Source: Octopus sinensis
Taxonomy: Eukaryota
Assembly (NCBI RefSeq): GCF_006345805.1
Contig: NC_043024.1
Span: 1 to 64,000 of the forward strand
DNA: 64,000 nucleotides
Direction: 5' to 3'
The notes below the pieces were generated by a model. It was not told where the DNA came from, searched no databases, and saw only the letters and a program-made list of their open reading frames with translations. Both the position numbers and the translations under genes were made by a program. Shown one piece after another: positions 27,982 through 42,219 of the stretch (position 1 is the first letter of the stretch; each line of letters opens with the position of its first letter).

Positions 27982-28085
27982 GAGCCTTCTACAGGACTAG
28001 AACTGTTTCATTCAAAAGAAATCATCAGGAAGCTTCCTGATGATTTCTTTTGAATGAAAACAGTTCTAGTCCTGTAGAAGCTCCT
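27982..28085. ncRNA. Back-to-back type I hammerheads, family B (one per strand)
   Basis: AGCTTC CTGATGA t TTC tttt GAA t GAA ACAG ttctagtc CTGT A GAAG(CT). Symmetry axis AAGCTT at 28030-28035. The + arm has one extra A in GAAA. Same family at 51668-51775. Confidence 0.75.
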
Positions 28086-28101
28086 TCTATAAAATAAATA
28101 A

Positions 28102-28156
<55 letters not shown>

Positions 28157-28835
28157 TGTGTGTGTATATGTGTGAACTCTCACAAACACACACACACACA
28201 CTCACATTCACGCACACATACTCATACAAGCACAGAGAGATGAATTTGTTTATGAGAACAAACATGAAAACAAAACAACCAACCAGCCAACCATCACCAC
28301 CACCACCACCACCACCTACAACATCAACAACAACAACGGAAAGCAAAACAAACAATCGAATCCACACACGTGATCAAGTTTAGAATGTTCTGCAATATTC
28401 TGTATATTATTACATATTTGTTTGTTGAAGCTGAACAATTTAGCTTAATAACTAATGTGACCTAGTTACTTTCTTCTGTCGCTTTCTTTAAAGTAATGAA
28501 TAAATCATGAAAATTAATATACATACATATATATATATCAATAATAATAAAGGGTAAAATTAATTAATTAATAATTAATAATTCCACCAAGTAGTATTCG
28601 GCATGTTAAAAGGACCATTTACGGTAAACTTAATATTTTTTATAATTATGAATATAATTATAATTAGGGTTTGGCAAAAAATTTGCTTAACCACATACCG
28701 AACTTTAGAAATAGCAGCCAAAGAACCTAGCTATTTCTTCTACTGTAATAAACAACCCCTAGACAATATATACTCAAAAACAATTCACGTAGGCAGAGAA
28801 GAAAAACAGCGAAATTCGTTCGGCATTTGATTAAC

Positions 28836-28908
28836 TGTGGACGCGTTTCGGAATCAAATAGATATGAAAAATTACCTTTCCATTCTAATCATTTTCCTCT
28901 TCAGCACA
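28836..28908 (-). ncRNA. Type I hammerhead ribozyme with palindromic stem III
   Basis: TGTG CTGAAGA GGAA...TTCC GAAACGCGT C CACA; GUC cleavage triplet. Confidence 0.85.
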
Positions 28909-29204
28909 ATATTTCAGGATTTAAAATTTAAGTATATATGAGGAGTGCTCCGTCGGTTACGACGACGATGGTCCTTGCTGGTACGATCAGCGGAAGAGCT
29001 TGCTCGTAAAATTAACGTGCAAATGGCTGAGCACTCCACAAACACGTGTACTCTTAACGTATTTCTCATGGAAATTCAGCGTAACACAGAGTGTGACAAA
29101 GCTGGCCCTTTGAGATACAGGTGCTACTCATTTTTTCTGGCGATGCATTGTGTCCTTAAGCAAACACTTTATTTCACGTTGCCCCAGTCCACTCAGCTGC
29201 ATAT

Positions 29205-29309
<105 letters not shown>

Positions 29310-29962
29310 TATATATATATTATATATATATAATATCGATATATATATTACCATAGGCGCAGGAGTGGCTGTGTGGTAAGTAGCTTGCTAACCAACCACA
29401 CGGTTGCGGGTTCCGTCCCACTGCGATGGCATCTTGGGCAAGTGCTTCTGCTATAGCCCCGGCCGACAATGCCTTGTGAGTAGATTTGGTAGACGGAACT
29501 GAAAGAAGCCGGTCGTATATATGTATATATATATATATGTTTGTATGTGTGTGTTGTGTGTCTGTGTTTGTCCCCCTAGCATGCTTGACAACCGATGCTG
29601 GTGTGTTTTACGTCCCCGTCACTTAGCGGTTCGGCAAAAGAGACCGATAGAATAGTACTAAAAGGTGTGTTTTCCAGCATGGCCGCAGTCAATGACGAAA
29701 ACAAGTAAAAGAGAAAAAGAGAGAGAGTATATATACAATATATATATATGTAAACAACAGAATTTTATTAGTGAACAGGTCGTGGTCTCAAAGCAACGAA
29801 AATATTTTGACAAATTATATTTAAATGTTGAAGTGAATCAAACGGTTTTTGTGTGTTTCTTAAATGACTTATAAACACGTTCCACGCTGCAATTGTTTTC
29901 GTTCTAGCACACGATCTCAGATCAGGTCACTTGCTATGCAAGTACATCTTCGTATATATATC

Positions 29963-30200
29963 TATAAGGCAAAAGAAAAATTTCTAATGCCAAATATGCC
30001 GAAATAGACACACGTCAATAACCCATTATAATTCGTCACTACAACACGTGTTTCAAAGAAAGCCGACAGAAATTTCTAAAAAATCTGTTGGCTTTCTTTG
30101 AAATATTGTGTTTGTAGTGACGAATTATAATGGCTTTTGATGTTGTGTCTATTTTCGGCATATTTTGGCATTAGAAATATTTTCTTTTGCCCTTACTTAT
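29963..30200. repeat. Fold-back module with the 3' half of a hammerhead
   Basis: Inverted arms about 29963-30072 and 30082-30200. Minus arm has GAAACACGTGTT; the CUGA half is missing at the fold. Confidence 0.65.
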
Positions 30201-30489
30201 AAATTGTTTATAAATTTAACCTTTAAAGGTATTTTTTTTAATATGCTGACATTGATAGTTTTTTTCGGGAAAAATTTTACCCTACATTAGTTTATATTAT
30301 ATATATATATATATATAATATATATTATATATATATATATATTATATAATAAGGTTTTGTTGTAAAGAAATAGGACATGTTTATACAGGAAATTTAGATA
30401 TTATTAAAAAAGGAACTAATGAGATTATGAGTAAGGGACAAAATTCTTAGAACGAGGTAAATTTAGTAAATATAGTTTAAAGAAAGTTA

Positions 30490-31746
30490 CGAGGGGCGTT
30501 CATAAGTAATGCCCCTGACCTACTTCCCATAGCAGAAGCAATGACACTTGCACAGTTATTAGTCTTTTCCTACATAGGACTACCCAGAGTTATGTATTTT
30601 CCCCATCGTTTAATACAGCTCTGGAGACCGTTTTTGTAGAAGAACCCAGCTTGGTCCTCCAAACCACGACGTGACTTCAGAAATCAAGGCTGCTCAATCT
30701 GGGAAAACGCTTTCCTTTTCAAAATCAACTTCATGGCTGGGAAGAGTGAAAATCAGAGGTGAAAGGGGAGGAGTTCATAGCTGCACGCCTGTGCTTCTGA
30801 TCTGGCGACACGCGAGTTGTGGACCGGAGCGTTGTCCTGCAGGAGGAGGATGCCTTTGCTGATCTTTGCCCCGCCTCTTGATTTTGATAGCTTTCTCTTA
30901 ATTTCCTCAAAAGTGAAGCATAATAGGCTCCTGTAATTGTGGTAACCCTTTGCCAGGAAATCTGTCTCACTACTCCGTCCTGGTCCCAGAAGATTGTGAG
31001 TCATAACCTTGTCAGCGGAGGGCTGCACCCTTGCCTTCTTTGGAGGAGGTGAGTCACGGTGCTTTGACTGCATTGACTGGGCTTTGGTCTATGGATCATA
31101 GTGATGGACCCAGGTTTTATCCTGTGTGATCAGTCTTTTGAAAATTTTGAATCATCTTCTTGGCACATCTCCAAATTCACCCTAGAGCACTCAACGCGTT
31201 CTGCTTCTGGAAAGGTGCGAGCAACCTGGAAATCCATCTGCCAGACACCTTTTGCATATGCAAATGGTCATGAATGATAGTTTCCACAGACCGCGTACTA
31301 ATCTTGACCTTATGGGCTATTTGGCGAATAGTTATGCGTTGACCTTCAAAAAGGCAGCCTCAACTTGATGGACAGAGGTTTCATCAACGGCAGAAGGGGG
31401 CGACCAGATCTGGGAGCTGTTTCCACAGAGTTCCGACTATGTTTGATTATTCACAATGCCAGCGTTTTACAAGGTCATATGATGGGGCATCATCACCATA
31501 AGTTACTTTCATTTCATCAAAAGTCTCCCGTGGTGTGCGTCCTTTCAAATACAAAAACCGGATCACTGCTCGACACTCAACAGGCTCCATTTCACACTTG
31601 ACTCAGTTCAAACACCTGTATATCAGAAACCACAATTAGTTCAGAGATGTAATTTGTCACTTAATCTATAGAGATATAAATAATTGCACATGCTAGATCA
31701 AACAACTGGAAGTTGGTCAGGGGCATTACTTATTGAACGTCCCTCG
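30490..31746 (-). mobile_element. Full-length mariner element (decayed transposase)
   Basis: TA target duplications; TIRs CGAGGGGCGTTCATAAGTAATGCCCCTGACC / GGTCAGGGGCATTACTTATTGAACGTCCCTCG. Transposase starts at ATG 31590 (MEPVECRAVIRF), with WISRLL, TQDKTWVHHYDP and LLQDNAPVH. Confidence 0.92.
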
Positions 31747-31925
31747 TATATTAAAGGCCATTAAGGAATTCGTAGTTAAATTGAGTCTCAAATAAAAGGT
31801 CAAATCGGAGGAGTTCAATAGCTGGGTTAGCAAATTAACTTATATGGTAGTTAAACATTTAAAGAAGAATGATAAGTGGGTAGGGAAAGATTCAGTTTTG
31901 AATAAACCACCAGTTAAAGAATATA

Positions 31926-32043
31926 CAGGGTGGGGCAAAATGAGCTGATACATTCGTAAGTTTAATAAACATTTTTTTCATTCTTTTCTCTATTTCGCTT
32001 TTATTAAACCTACAAATGTGTCAGGTCATTTTGCCCCACACCG
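31926..32043. mobile_element. Tc1/mariner-type MITE (118 bp)
   Basis: TA-CAGGGTGGGGCAAAATGA...TCATTTTGCCCCACACCG-TA; inverted arms of about 45 bp. Confidence 0.8.
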
Positions 32044-33851
32044 TATCAATGAATTACATAAAAAAATAAGTAATAGTACCAGCAGCTAAAGCAGCAGGGA
32101 ACTTTGTAGTAATTTGTAAAATATATTACATGATGGTTGTAGGCAAAGAGTTAGGAGTGGATAAGGAATTTAAGTTTATACTAGAAAACGTTTGTGAGTT
32201 TGTTAATAGACTTATACACACAGTAAAATGATTGAGTGGCTTAGAAGTGGAAGAAAAGTATAAAAATATCCCTAAACATTTTGGGATCCCTAAACTACAT
32301 AAAGTTCCTTTTAAAAGTAGATTCATAGCAAGAGCTAGTAACTCTGCAAATAAACAGCTAGCTATATTGGTTAAAAATGCTTTAAAAGTTGTTAGAACAT
32401 ATTTTTAAAAATACTGTGAGGAAATTTGTGACAGTTCAGGAATTAATTATTTTTGGAGTATTAGATCAATTAAGAAATTTCTGGAAAGATTGATCAAATG
32501 TAAGAAAGTTAAGAGTATGTATATGTATGATTTTTTGACACTATATACAAAATTAAACCTTAAATGTGTTGAAGATGGTATTTTTAGAATATTAGATATT
32601 ATTTTTAATAAAGGATATAAATATCTTTAAAGAATGGTAAAGGTTTCTTGTCTAATTGTTATTATAAGGGATATACTAATATAAGTAAAAGAAAGATGAA
32701 AAATTGATTAGTTTTGTTGTTAATAATTCGTTTGTTATGTTTGTGGATAGGGTGTTTAAACTGGTTAGGGGAATTCCAATGGATGGCAATTGCATCCCTC
32801 TGTTGGTGGATCTTCATCTTTCTTCATGCGAGTTCCTTTTTCTTAAAGACTTATGTGCGAGGAAAAAGATTGGTTTACTTAAAGCAACTTAATGGATGTT
32901 GCAGATACATAGATGATATATTATTTACCTAATTATGGTTTCTTTAAATTTTTACTCAGAAGAATATACCCTAGTGAGCTTAGAGCCACCAGAAATGGTA
33001 GCAATATAAACACAGTTTATATATTTTATAAGATAAAATATAATGATGGCGTACCGCTAATCATGACTGGAAAATTGGGGGAAATAGTGCAATTTCGTAT
33101 TATCTTAAGGAGTTTTTAGTCCATATTGTTTGTATGGGAGTTTGTTTGTAAATGACGCTGCATGAAGAGAAATCTAAGGATAGGATGTTGAAATTTTTTG
33201 GTGTGTGCATATATTATATATATATATATAATATATCATATATATATATATATATATTAATATATATATATATATATATATATCTATATATATATATATA
33301 TATATAATAAATATATATTATATAGATATTATATATATAGATATATTATATATATATGCAATCTTTCGAGTATTGCCTAGGTTGCTATTCAGGAGTCTTT
33401 TCATCAATCTGAGTTCAAATCCAGCCGGATTTAACATTACTTTTCGTCCTTTTGATGCATCAGTCCTACGCTGGTATTGGCTTCTTTCTTTCTTTCTTTC
33501 TTTTTTTCTTTTTTTCTAACTGTTTCTTTCTCACTTCTGGAAGAAATTCCTTGCGATCCACTCCGGAGAGGGATCGGCAACTCCAGTTTTAAAAAATACT
33601 GGAGAAAGGCCGCAATCTTCGAGGGATCCCTACGACTGCATAGCTGCAACCCCTGTTGAATTGCCTCCTGGCCTGAATCTTGGTCTTCACTGATTAGCAA
33701 TAGACGAATATAATAACTCAAGCATCTTTCGATACCGTTTTCTTTCCCCTCTTTTCTTTCGTTCTTTCATTTTCTCTTTGATGTTTAAGTAATTAACTCA
33801 ATAAATAAATACCTAATTATTTTTCAGCTGCTAGATTATCATCGGGTATAT

Positions 33852-33882
<31 letters not shown>

Positions 33883-34111
33883 TATATATTATAATAAAGT
33901 ATGTATACATACACATACATAATATACGTATATTTATAACATAACACACACACACACAGATACTTTTATTAAAGCCGACAAAATGTTTGCAAACCGTTCC
34001 TCAGATTTTCATTTTACTGTTCGTCGGACAGTTGCGTATATATTAATGCATGTATATACGCACACGCACATATAAATATATAGGTAAAGCTATGTGTGAG
34101 TGTGCAGTAGT

Positions 34112-34179
<68 letters not shown>

Positions 34180-35255
34180 GTTTGACGTGACTGTGGTAAG
34201 CGTAGAATAGATAAGAATTGAGTTCGTGCTTAGAGTGATAAAATTCTTTCTTCCAGCTATATATAGCTTTATATCTTTTACTTGTTTCACTCATTGGACT
34301 GCATCCATGATGGGGCACCACCTCGATGAGGGCAGTTGAACAAACTGACCCCAGTATATTTGTTTTTTACGCCTAGCACTTACTCCTCTTCGAGCCGTTA
34401 CGCCGAACTAGTTGTCAGGCGATGGTGGTCACAAGCGGAAAGGAGACATACGTACATATATCCATATCTAACCCACTCTCTCTCTCTTTCTCGCTCTCTC
34501 GCACTTTCTTTCCCTTTCTATATATGTGTGTGTGTGTGCATATGTGTGTATACACACACATATATTCCTTTTTTTTCTTTTAGTTGTTTCAGTCATTTGA
34601 CTGCGGCCATGCTGAAGCACCGCTTTTAGTCGAGCAAATCGACCCCAGGACTTATTCTTTGTAAACCTAGTACTTATTCTATCAATCTCTTTTGCCGAAC
34701 CGCTAAGTGACGGGGACGTAAACACACCAGCATCGGTTGTCAAGCAATGCTAGGGGGGACAAACACAGACACACAAACATATACACACACATATATATAT
34801 ATACATATATATATATACGACAGGCTTCTTTCAGTTTCCATCTACCAAATCCACTTACAAGGCATTGGTCGGCCCGAGGCTATAGCAGAAGACACTTGCC
34901 CAAGATGCCACGCAGTGGGACTGAACCCGGAACCATGGGGTTGGTAAGCAAGCTACTTACCACAATATAATAAAATTAAATAAGGGTAGAAATTGATATT
35001 AACCAATTAAAACCAATGGCCTAGCATATTTTTAAAAAATCCGAAGATTAAAAATATTTTTACATACAAAATTTAGAGGACTGACCACTACAAAAAAGGA
35101 CAGCCTATATGCTAGATATAGACGTCAAAATCGCCATTTTCCACGAAGAATGTGTTCTCAAGAAAAAATTCAGCAAAAGAACCAAAGCGTAAAAATAAGC
35201 AAGACAAATGAAAATATACGAAATAAAAATATATATATATATATATGTATATATA

Positions 35256-36702
35256 TTAAGGTATGTAGAAAAATACAACATGGACAAGAACGTATAACTC
35301 ATAGAAGACGATACAATAAACAAGGACAGGACATTCGAACCCCTCAGTCTTCAGTCAAGAACCGGATCATCGTAGTAATTTCGGCTGATTAATCTTGAGA
35401 TTACTAGTCACGGCCAGCCCTCCAAGAAAAACTAAGCTGGAAGCGTAGATTTCCTGGAAGAAGGATCGAATGCAACGAACACCAGGACAGTAAAAGGGAC
35501 AGATATAAAAAAAAAAAAACAAAAAACAATAATGGAATACAGAAGCATTAACGGTGAAAACAACAAGTGTCTTACGACTGATAACAAGCAAACAATTTTC
35601 TCTGGCGCATTGAAAAAGCCTTTATAGCGGCGGACGAGGAACAACGATGTTAACACGACGAAAGTCAGGAGCTGAAAGGCAGATTTCGGCCAACAGTCCG
35701 TGACAGAGAAGAGGGAAAAGAAAAGAAAGAGAGAGAGAGAAAAGGGGGACAAAACGCAACAAAGAGAGAGAAGAGAGAGAAAGAAGGAACAGAGAGGAGA
35801 AGGGATGGGTGTCGAAGAATGACCTGTGAGTGCAGAGCGAGACAAAGAAATAGGAGGGTAGTGGAAGACTAGACCAAAGGATCAGAAGAGAAGATGAATA
35901 GAGAGAAAGTAAAAATGAGAGAGAGAGGGAGACAAACAGAGAGTCGTACCAATTATTAAGAATATGTGTTCACATTAATGATAAAGGGGGTACGGGGCGC
36001 CTGAATATATGTTAAGGTATGTAGAAAAATCAACATGGACAAGAACGTATAACTCATAGAAGACGATACAATAAACAAGGAAGGACATTCGAACCCCTCA
36101 GTCTTCAGTCAAGAACCGGATCATCGTAGTAATTTCGGCTGATTAATCTTGAGATTACTAGATCACGGCCAGCCCTCCAAGAAAAACTAAGCTGGAAGCG
36201 TAGATATTTCCTGGAAGAAGGATCGAATGCATACGACACCAGAGACAGTAAAAGGGACAGATATAAAAAAAAAAAAAACAAAAAACAATAATGGAATACA
36301 GAAGCATTAAGGTGAAAACAACAAGTGTCTTACGACTGATAACAAGCAAAAAAATTTTTTCTCTGGCGCATTGGAAAAAAGCCTTTATAGCGGCGGACGA
36401 GGAACAACGATGTTAACACGACGAAAGTCAGGAGCTGAAAGGCAGATTTCGGCCAACAGTCACGTGACAGAGAAGAGGGAAAAGAAAAGAAAGAGAGAGA
36501 GAGAAAAGGGGGACAAAACGCAACAAAGAGAGAGAAGAGAGAGAAAGAAGGAATCAGAGAGGAGAAGGGATGGGTGTCGAAGAATGACCTGTGAGTGCAG
36601 AGCGAGACAAAGAAATAGGAGGGTAGTGGAAGAAGACCAAAGGATCAGAAGAGAGATGAATAGAGAGAAAGTAAAAATGAGAGAGAGAGGGAGACAAACA
36701 GA
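35256..36702 (-). repeat. Tandem duplication of an ~756-bp pLTR-like unit
   Basis: TTAAGGTATGTAGAAAA at 35256 and 36012; near-identical units. Relatives at 42085-42855 and 43950-44130. Confidence 0.9.
35341..35405 (-). ncRNA. Candidate non-circularly permuted hammerhead
   Basis: AGTAAT C TCAAGA ttaaTCAGcc GAA ATTACT..TCTTGA CTGAAGA CTGA; second copy at 36095-36159. Confidence 0.6.
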
Positions 36703-36827
36703 TATATCTATATTATATATATATATATGTATATATATATAGTTATATTTATATATAACTATATATATATACATATGTATGTATGTATATATGTATGTAG
36801 TATTATGTATGTATGTATATATATATA

Positions 36828-36874
<47 letters not shown>

Positions 36875-37094
36875 TATATATATATACACACACATACATA
36901 CATACATACACTTGGAAATGGGTGCGTCGCGTTCAGTTAAATAACGATAATAAATAATATATATATATACATATGCATATATGGGTACAGGACATCACCA
37001 ACGGTGCAAACAACATGAAATACGTAAACAAACGAGTTAGATACGTAAACAACGAAAGAGAAAAAATTGAAAGCAGGACAAGTAAGCACAGAGA

Positions 37095-37161
37095 AATGAC
37101 CTTTCATCGGTTGTAGGCTGTCTGTCTACTCCTCATTTCGAGCATTCAACGAGAATATGAG
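37095..37161 (-). ncRNA. Candidate non-circularly permuted hammerhead (degenerate)
   Basis: CTCAT A TT..AATGctc GAA ATGAG...AA CCGATGA aaggtCATT. Stem III is 5 bp; stem I is decayed. Confidence 0.45.
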
Positions 37162-37555
37162 TCTTCAAAGACAGTCTGTTTACTTATGAACTTTGGACGT
37201 ACGTGTACGAAGGAAGTAAAACACTTTTTTCAAATATTAAAAAAAATTATTTAAAAAAAATATTTTAATCGTCTGATGAAGCATTTTTAGTCGGTAGACA
37301 TTTACTCTTTTACTCTTTTACTTGTTTCAGTCATTTGACTGAGGCCATGCCGGAGCACCGCCTTTAGTCGAGCAAATCGACTCCAGGACTTATTCTCTGT
37401 AAGCCTAGTACTTATTCTATCGGTCTTTTTGCCGAACCGCTAAGTTACGGGGATGTAAACACACCAGTATCGGTTGTCAAGCGATGTTGAGGGGACAAAC
37501 ACAGACACAGACACAGACACAGACACACACACACACACACACATACATACATACA

Positions 37556-37628
<73 letters not shown>

Positions 37629-39121
37629 GACGGGGCTTCTTTCAGTTCCGTCTACCAAATCCACTCACAAGGCTTTGGTCAACCCGAGGCTATAGTAGAA
37701 GACACTTGCCAAGGTGCCACACAGTGGGAACGAACCCGTAGTAACCATGTGGTTGGTAAGCAAGCTACTTACCACACAGCCACTCCTACGTCTATTTATT
37801 TTATTTTATTTTATTTTTACCTTTACTTATTTTATATCTGTCTATTAGGGTTCTTTTAAATAGTTTGGAATTTTTAGCCGATTATGTTTAAATTTTTGAC
37901 AGGCCGTTCTATTTGCATTTTATTCGATTGTATACTTTTACTTTCTGTGATTTTTATTATTGCATATGTATTATTATTGATATGTTTGGGAGCCATGGTG
38001 ATTTTTATATATGATTTAGTGTTTGAGGGGTGGTGTTGTATGTAAAGTCGTTGACCCAAATTTAATGTTTCTTCTATATAATTCTCTTGTTGTAGCTTTG
38101 ATTTTAATTGAGTCTTTGTTTTTTAAAATCTGTTAAAAAAAAACACTTCAAGTGTCCCGCAGTAAATTTCAAATCCCAATTCATTTTCCCACCCCACGCT
38201 CACACCACTCGTGTTCACGGCAAACACAGCTATGAATTTTTACTCATCATAAAATTTCATTCAGAACAAGATACGAATTGCATCTTAACAATAAGTTCGT
38301 CTAGAACCATTTTGCGATATGTCTTTTATAATTTTTTCCATTATTTCTGCAATTAAAGTTGAATATGTTAACAAGACAAAAAAGAATATTTAGAATATTT
38401 CTTGTGTGTTCTTGAAGTGAATTGTTTCGTTTTCACATAGAAATTAAAATATTTCGTTCATAAATAGTTTTTAAAATATTCTATTAATGAAATATAGAAA
38501 GGAATACATGAGAAAAATATGAATACCTGCAAATGGTGTATGCCTCTTATATACATATGAATATATATTTTTTTTTGGAAAAACGCCATTTTGAAATAAA
38601 TTAATTTGAACACAATAAAAGAATATATTAATTTAAATATTTACTGCGTGAAAAAAAATTAACAATTAAAAGAAATATCGAATTTTTGTTGATTATTCTG
38701 TAATGTTTTGATTTGATATTGAGAAAAGAGAATACGTCTCAATTAGCATTGTTGTTGGTTTGGTTACAAATACACCGATGGCGTCTTGTAATAGTTGACC
38801 GAAGAGATATATGTTCGAAACAACGGGTGTTCTAAAGTTCCCTTATGCTACCGAATCAAGTGCATTATAAACACATTAGGGAGAAAAAAGTACTGTTTTA
38901 TGTAGATGAAGTTCAACAGCGATTAGCATATTAACGTTCGAATCTGCCGGAACATACTAAGAATAAATATATAAGTCAATGTTTTGATTCTCGCTGTTGT
39001 TTGTTCACGTTATGGTTTCTAAACGGTTTGGTAGACATCAGTAGATTCAGCAAATTTGCTTGCTGATTTCAGTCCTATAAACAAGAGCCAGAAACTCCCC
39101 AGATTCATTGGTTCAGCGATA

Positions 39122-39168
39122 CTTTGACCGAAAAGACACAACAATGTCGAAACATTGGCGTCTCAAAG
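39122..39168 (+). ncRNA. Type I hammerhead with mutated core
   Basis: CTTTGA CCGAAAA GACA caacaa TGTC GAAAC attggc GT C TCAAAG. Stems I and II are perfect; the core has two substitutions. Confidence 0.6.
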
Positions 39169-39604
39169 TCCTCTTGCCTCAATGAATCGAATGTGTTATG
39201 AACATACAATGTCTGAAAGGAGAAGTCGTTCGCCGTAGACAAAAATACAACAGCGATTAGCATATCAACGTTCGGATCTGCCGGAACGCATTAAACATGA
39301 ATATTTCAACATACGCTGTTCTTTGAGCACATGACAATTTATAGTTTGCTGATGATTTTACTGGTTTCAGACATACGACTGCAGCCATACTGGGTCTCCA
39401 CCATCAAGGATTCATATTAACTGCCAGTGCTTCCTCTGGTACTTATATCATCGTTCTCTCGCAAATAATTAAATGCAAAGAGGCACTAGCGTAAGTTAAC
39501 GCAGTCGGACCTAAGAACTACAAGGTATTGCTACTTCAATTTCTAATTATTTGCGACCCCGCTCGTACATACACATATCTATGTATTTTTCTTGTATCTG
39601 TCTG

Positions 39605-39691
<87 letters not shown>

Positions 39692-40111
39692 GTCCATTCC
39701 TCTGTGTGTTTGTGTGTGTGTGTGTGAAGACACTAGGATATTTTCCTACTTTTCTTAACTTAACATGAAACCAATGGTAGTCTTAATTCACAAATAAAGA
39801 AATTACGTCCACCAATGCGTTGTCGAGCACTCACTTTCATTGTTCGACATTTATGTACACACACACACACGCACACACAAACACGCACACTCACACACAC
39901 AAACACACACACACACACACAAACACACACGCACATACAAAGACACACACACACATATATATCTGCATAGTCACACAAAGACACACACATACATGGACAC
40001 GGACACACACACACACACACCTCTCTTTCCATCTAAAATAATTATAAAACAGCACTTCTTCATTTCTTTTTCTCTCCTTATTTTTAATAATTTCCAAATA
40101 ATTTCATTTTG

Positions 40112-40160
40112 TAATCATAGACAGCCTGTTTCGGAAATTTAATTTCCTCATCAGCGCGTT
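40112..40160 (-). ncRNA. Type I hammerhead with weak stem I
   Basis: CTGATGA GGAAAT taa ATTTCC GAAACAG g CTGT C. Confidence 0.55.
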
Positions 40161-40648
40161 GTGTTCCTCTGAATTAACCACATAAAGTGCTTCAACAAGT
40201 TCATAAAATTAGACAATGACACTCGAAAAGATTGGCAAATTTCCTATGCTGCCAAAATAGAAATTTTGACGACATGAAGCTTACATTTTTCGCTTTTGCA
40301 ATAAAATTTACAATGAAGTACATCGGATATTTGTAGCTCATTAAAAGGTTTATTTATTAGCGTATTGTTACACGTTAAAAAGTTTTCATTTTTTAAAAAT
40401 ATATTTATTGTATATTATTGGTGTTGATATATGGTTCAGGGAATTGAATTCTGTGTCCTGTTTTATAAGGTTTTTGCTAATGGGTTTGTTTGGTGCGTGG
40501 TTTCGATATTTTAATAAGTATTGTCACCTTTCGTACTTGATGCATTCTCGTTTTAATTCTATTGTTCTATAAGCCAGTCCATCAAATTGCTAGAATACCC
40601 GCTGTTTATCTGATTACTATATATCAAAATTGTTTACATAGATAAGGA

Positions 40649-40710
40649 GGATGGTGGTGTAATGGTAGTACACCCATCGAATGTTAGAAGGAGTAGGTTC
40701 GATTCCCATA
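40649..40710 (+). other. tRNA-like fragment (probable SINE head)
   Basis: A box TGGTGTAATGG and B box GGTTCGATTCC; no proper acceptor or anticodon stems. Confidence 0.45.
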
Positions 40711-41038
40711 GTCTCTGCTGTCCAGATTTCTTGTTTAGGCGCAGGCGTGGATGTGTGGTAAGAAGCTTTCCTTTTGTGGTCAATAAAGTGATGGCAGTTT
40801 GATTGGGGTGGGAACCATATCTACCAAATCTACTAAACAGAGATATTTCTTTCAGTTAATTAAAGAAATCTAGTTTTTTTTTTAAATAAATAAGAAATAA
40901 GAAGCTTTCCTTTTAATCCCATTGTTCCGGGTTCAGTCCCACTGCGTGGCACATTGGGCAAGTGTCCTTCTACTATAGCCTCGGCTGATCAAAGGCGTGT
41001 GAGTGGATTTTGTAGTCGGAAACTGAAAGAAACCCGTC

Positions 41039-41126
<88 letters not shown>

Positions 41127-41761
41127 CATATACATATATATATTATAATATATATATAATATTATATATATATATATATACATATACATACATACATACA
41201 TACACACACAACACACACACCCATACATACATACGTATATATATATCTATTATATATATATATATATGTATATATATACATATGTATGTATGTATATATA
41301 TATATATATATATAATGTATATATGCATGTATGCATGTATGTATATATGTATGTGTGTGTATGTGCGTGTCTGTTCGGAATACCCTTATTATCACATACT
41401 CGTAATACAGACTTATTTACAGACGCATAGACTCCACTCCCTCTCTCTCCTTTTCTGTGTGTCGGTTTCAGTCTCTGTCTGTTTGTCTTTCTCTCTCTTT
41501 CTCTCTCTCTCTCTCTCGCTCTATTACGCATATTTATAATTACCTTACACCCCCTTCGGTTTTTCATTAAATCGATTTTGTTTATTCGTCTATGCCTACC
41601 TACCTACATATCCACCAACCTACCTACCTACCTACCTACCTACCTACCTACCTACCTACCTACCTACCTACATACCAACCTACCTTCCTACCTACCTACC
41701 TACCTACCTACCTACATACATACCTACCTACCTACCTACCTACCTACCTATCTATCTGTCA

Positions 41762-41835
<74 letters not shown>

Positions 41836-42155
41836 TTAATTATTTCTATTATTTGTCATTGTGTATATAATCTTACATAATTCTCATACAAGGCTTTGTT
41901 ATTGGTCAGTGGAGCATGGCACTGACAGAACTTAAGTGATAAATTAGCCAAGCAAAAAGAGACATCCCATCGCCATCTTCCACCTCAACAACCAGCACCA
42001 CCGCCGCCGTCGCCACCACCACTACCATATATATATATATATATATGTACACACACATATATATTTATTATATATATAATCTAAATACAAAATAGGACAA
42101 GAACGCAAAACATCCAGATAGACGATACAAAAAAACAAGGATGGGTTATTCGAAG

Positions 42156-42219
42156 CTTTCTATCCTCAGTCAAGAACCGGATCATCCTCGCAATTTAGGC
42201 TGATTAATCTTGAGATTGC
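42156..42219 (-). ncRNA. Candidate non-circularly permuted hammerhead
   Basis: GCAAT C TCAAGA..(T)AA ATTGC..TCTTGA CTGAGGA. A truncated copy with intact GAAATTGC lies at 44068-44128. Confidence 0.5.

Larger units (their letters stand above)
30350..33205 (+). pseudogene. Decayed Penelope-like reverse transcriptase, interrupted by a mariner and a MITE
   Basis: Frames read IVIVPAAKAAGNFVVICK, IPKLHKVPFKSRFIA, YDFLTLYT, GIPMDGNCIPL and CRYIDD, matching PLE RT motifs PADK, PKLHK, DFSTLYT, GIPMG and RYIDD. Flanked by (TA)n. Confidence 0.8.

Noticed and set aside
40649-40710. Functional tRNA gene
   Set aside because: A and B boxes only; the cloverleaf cannot be closed.
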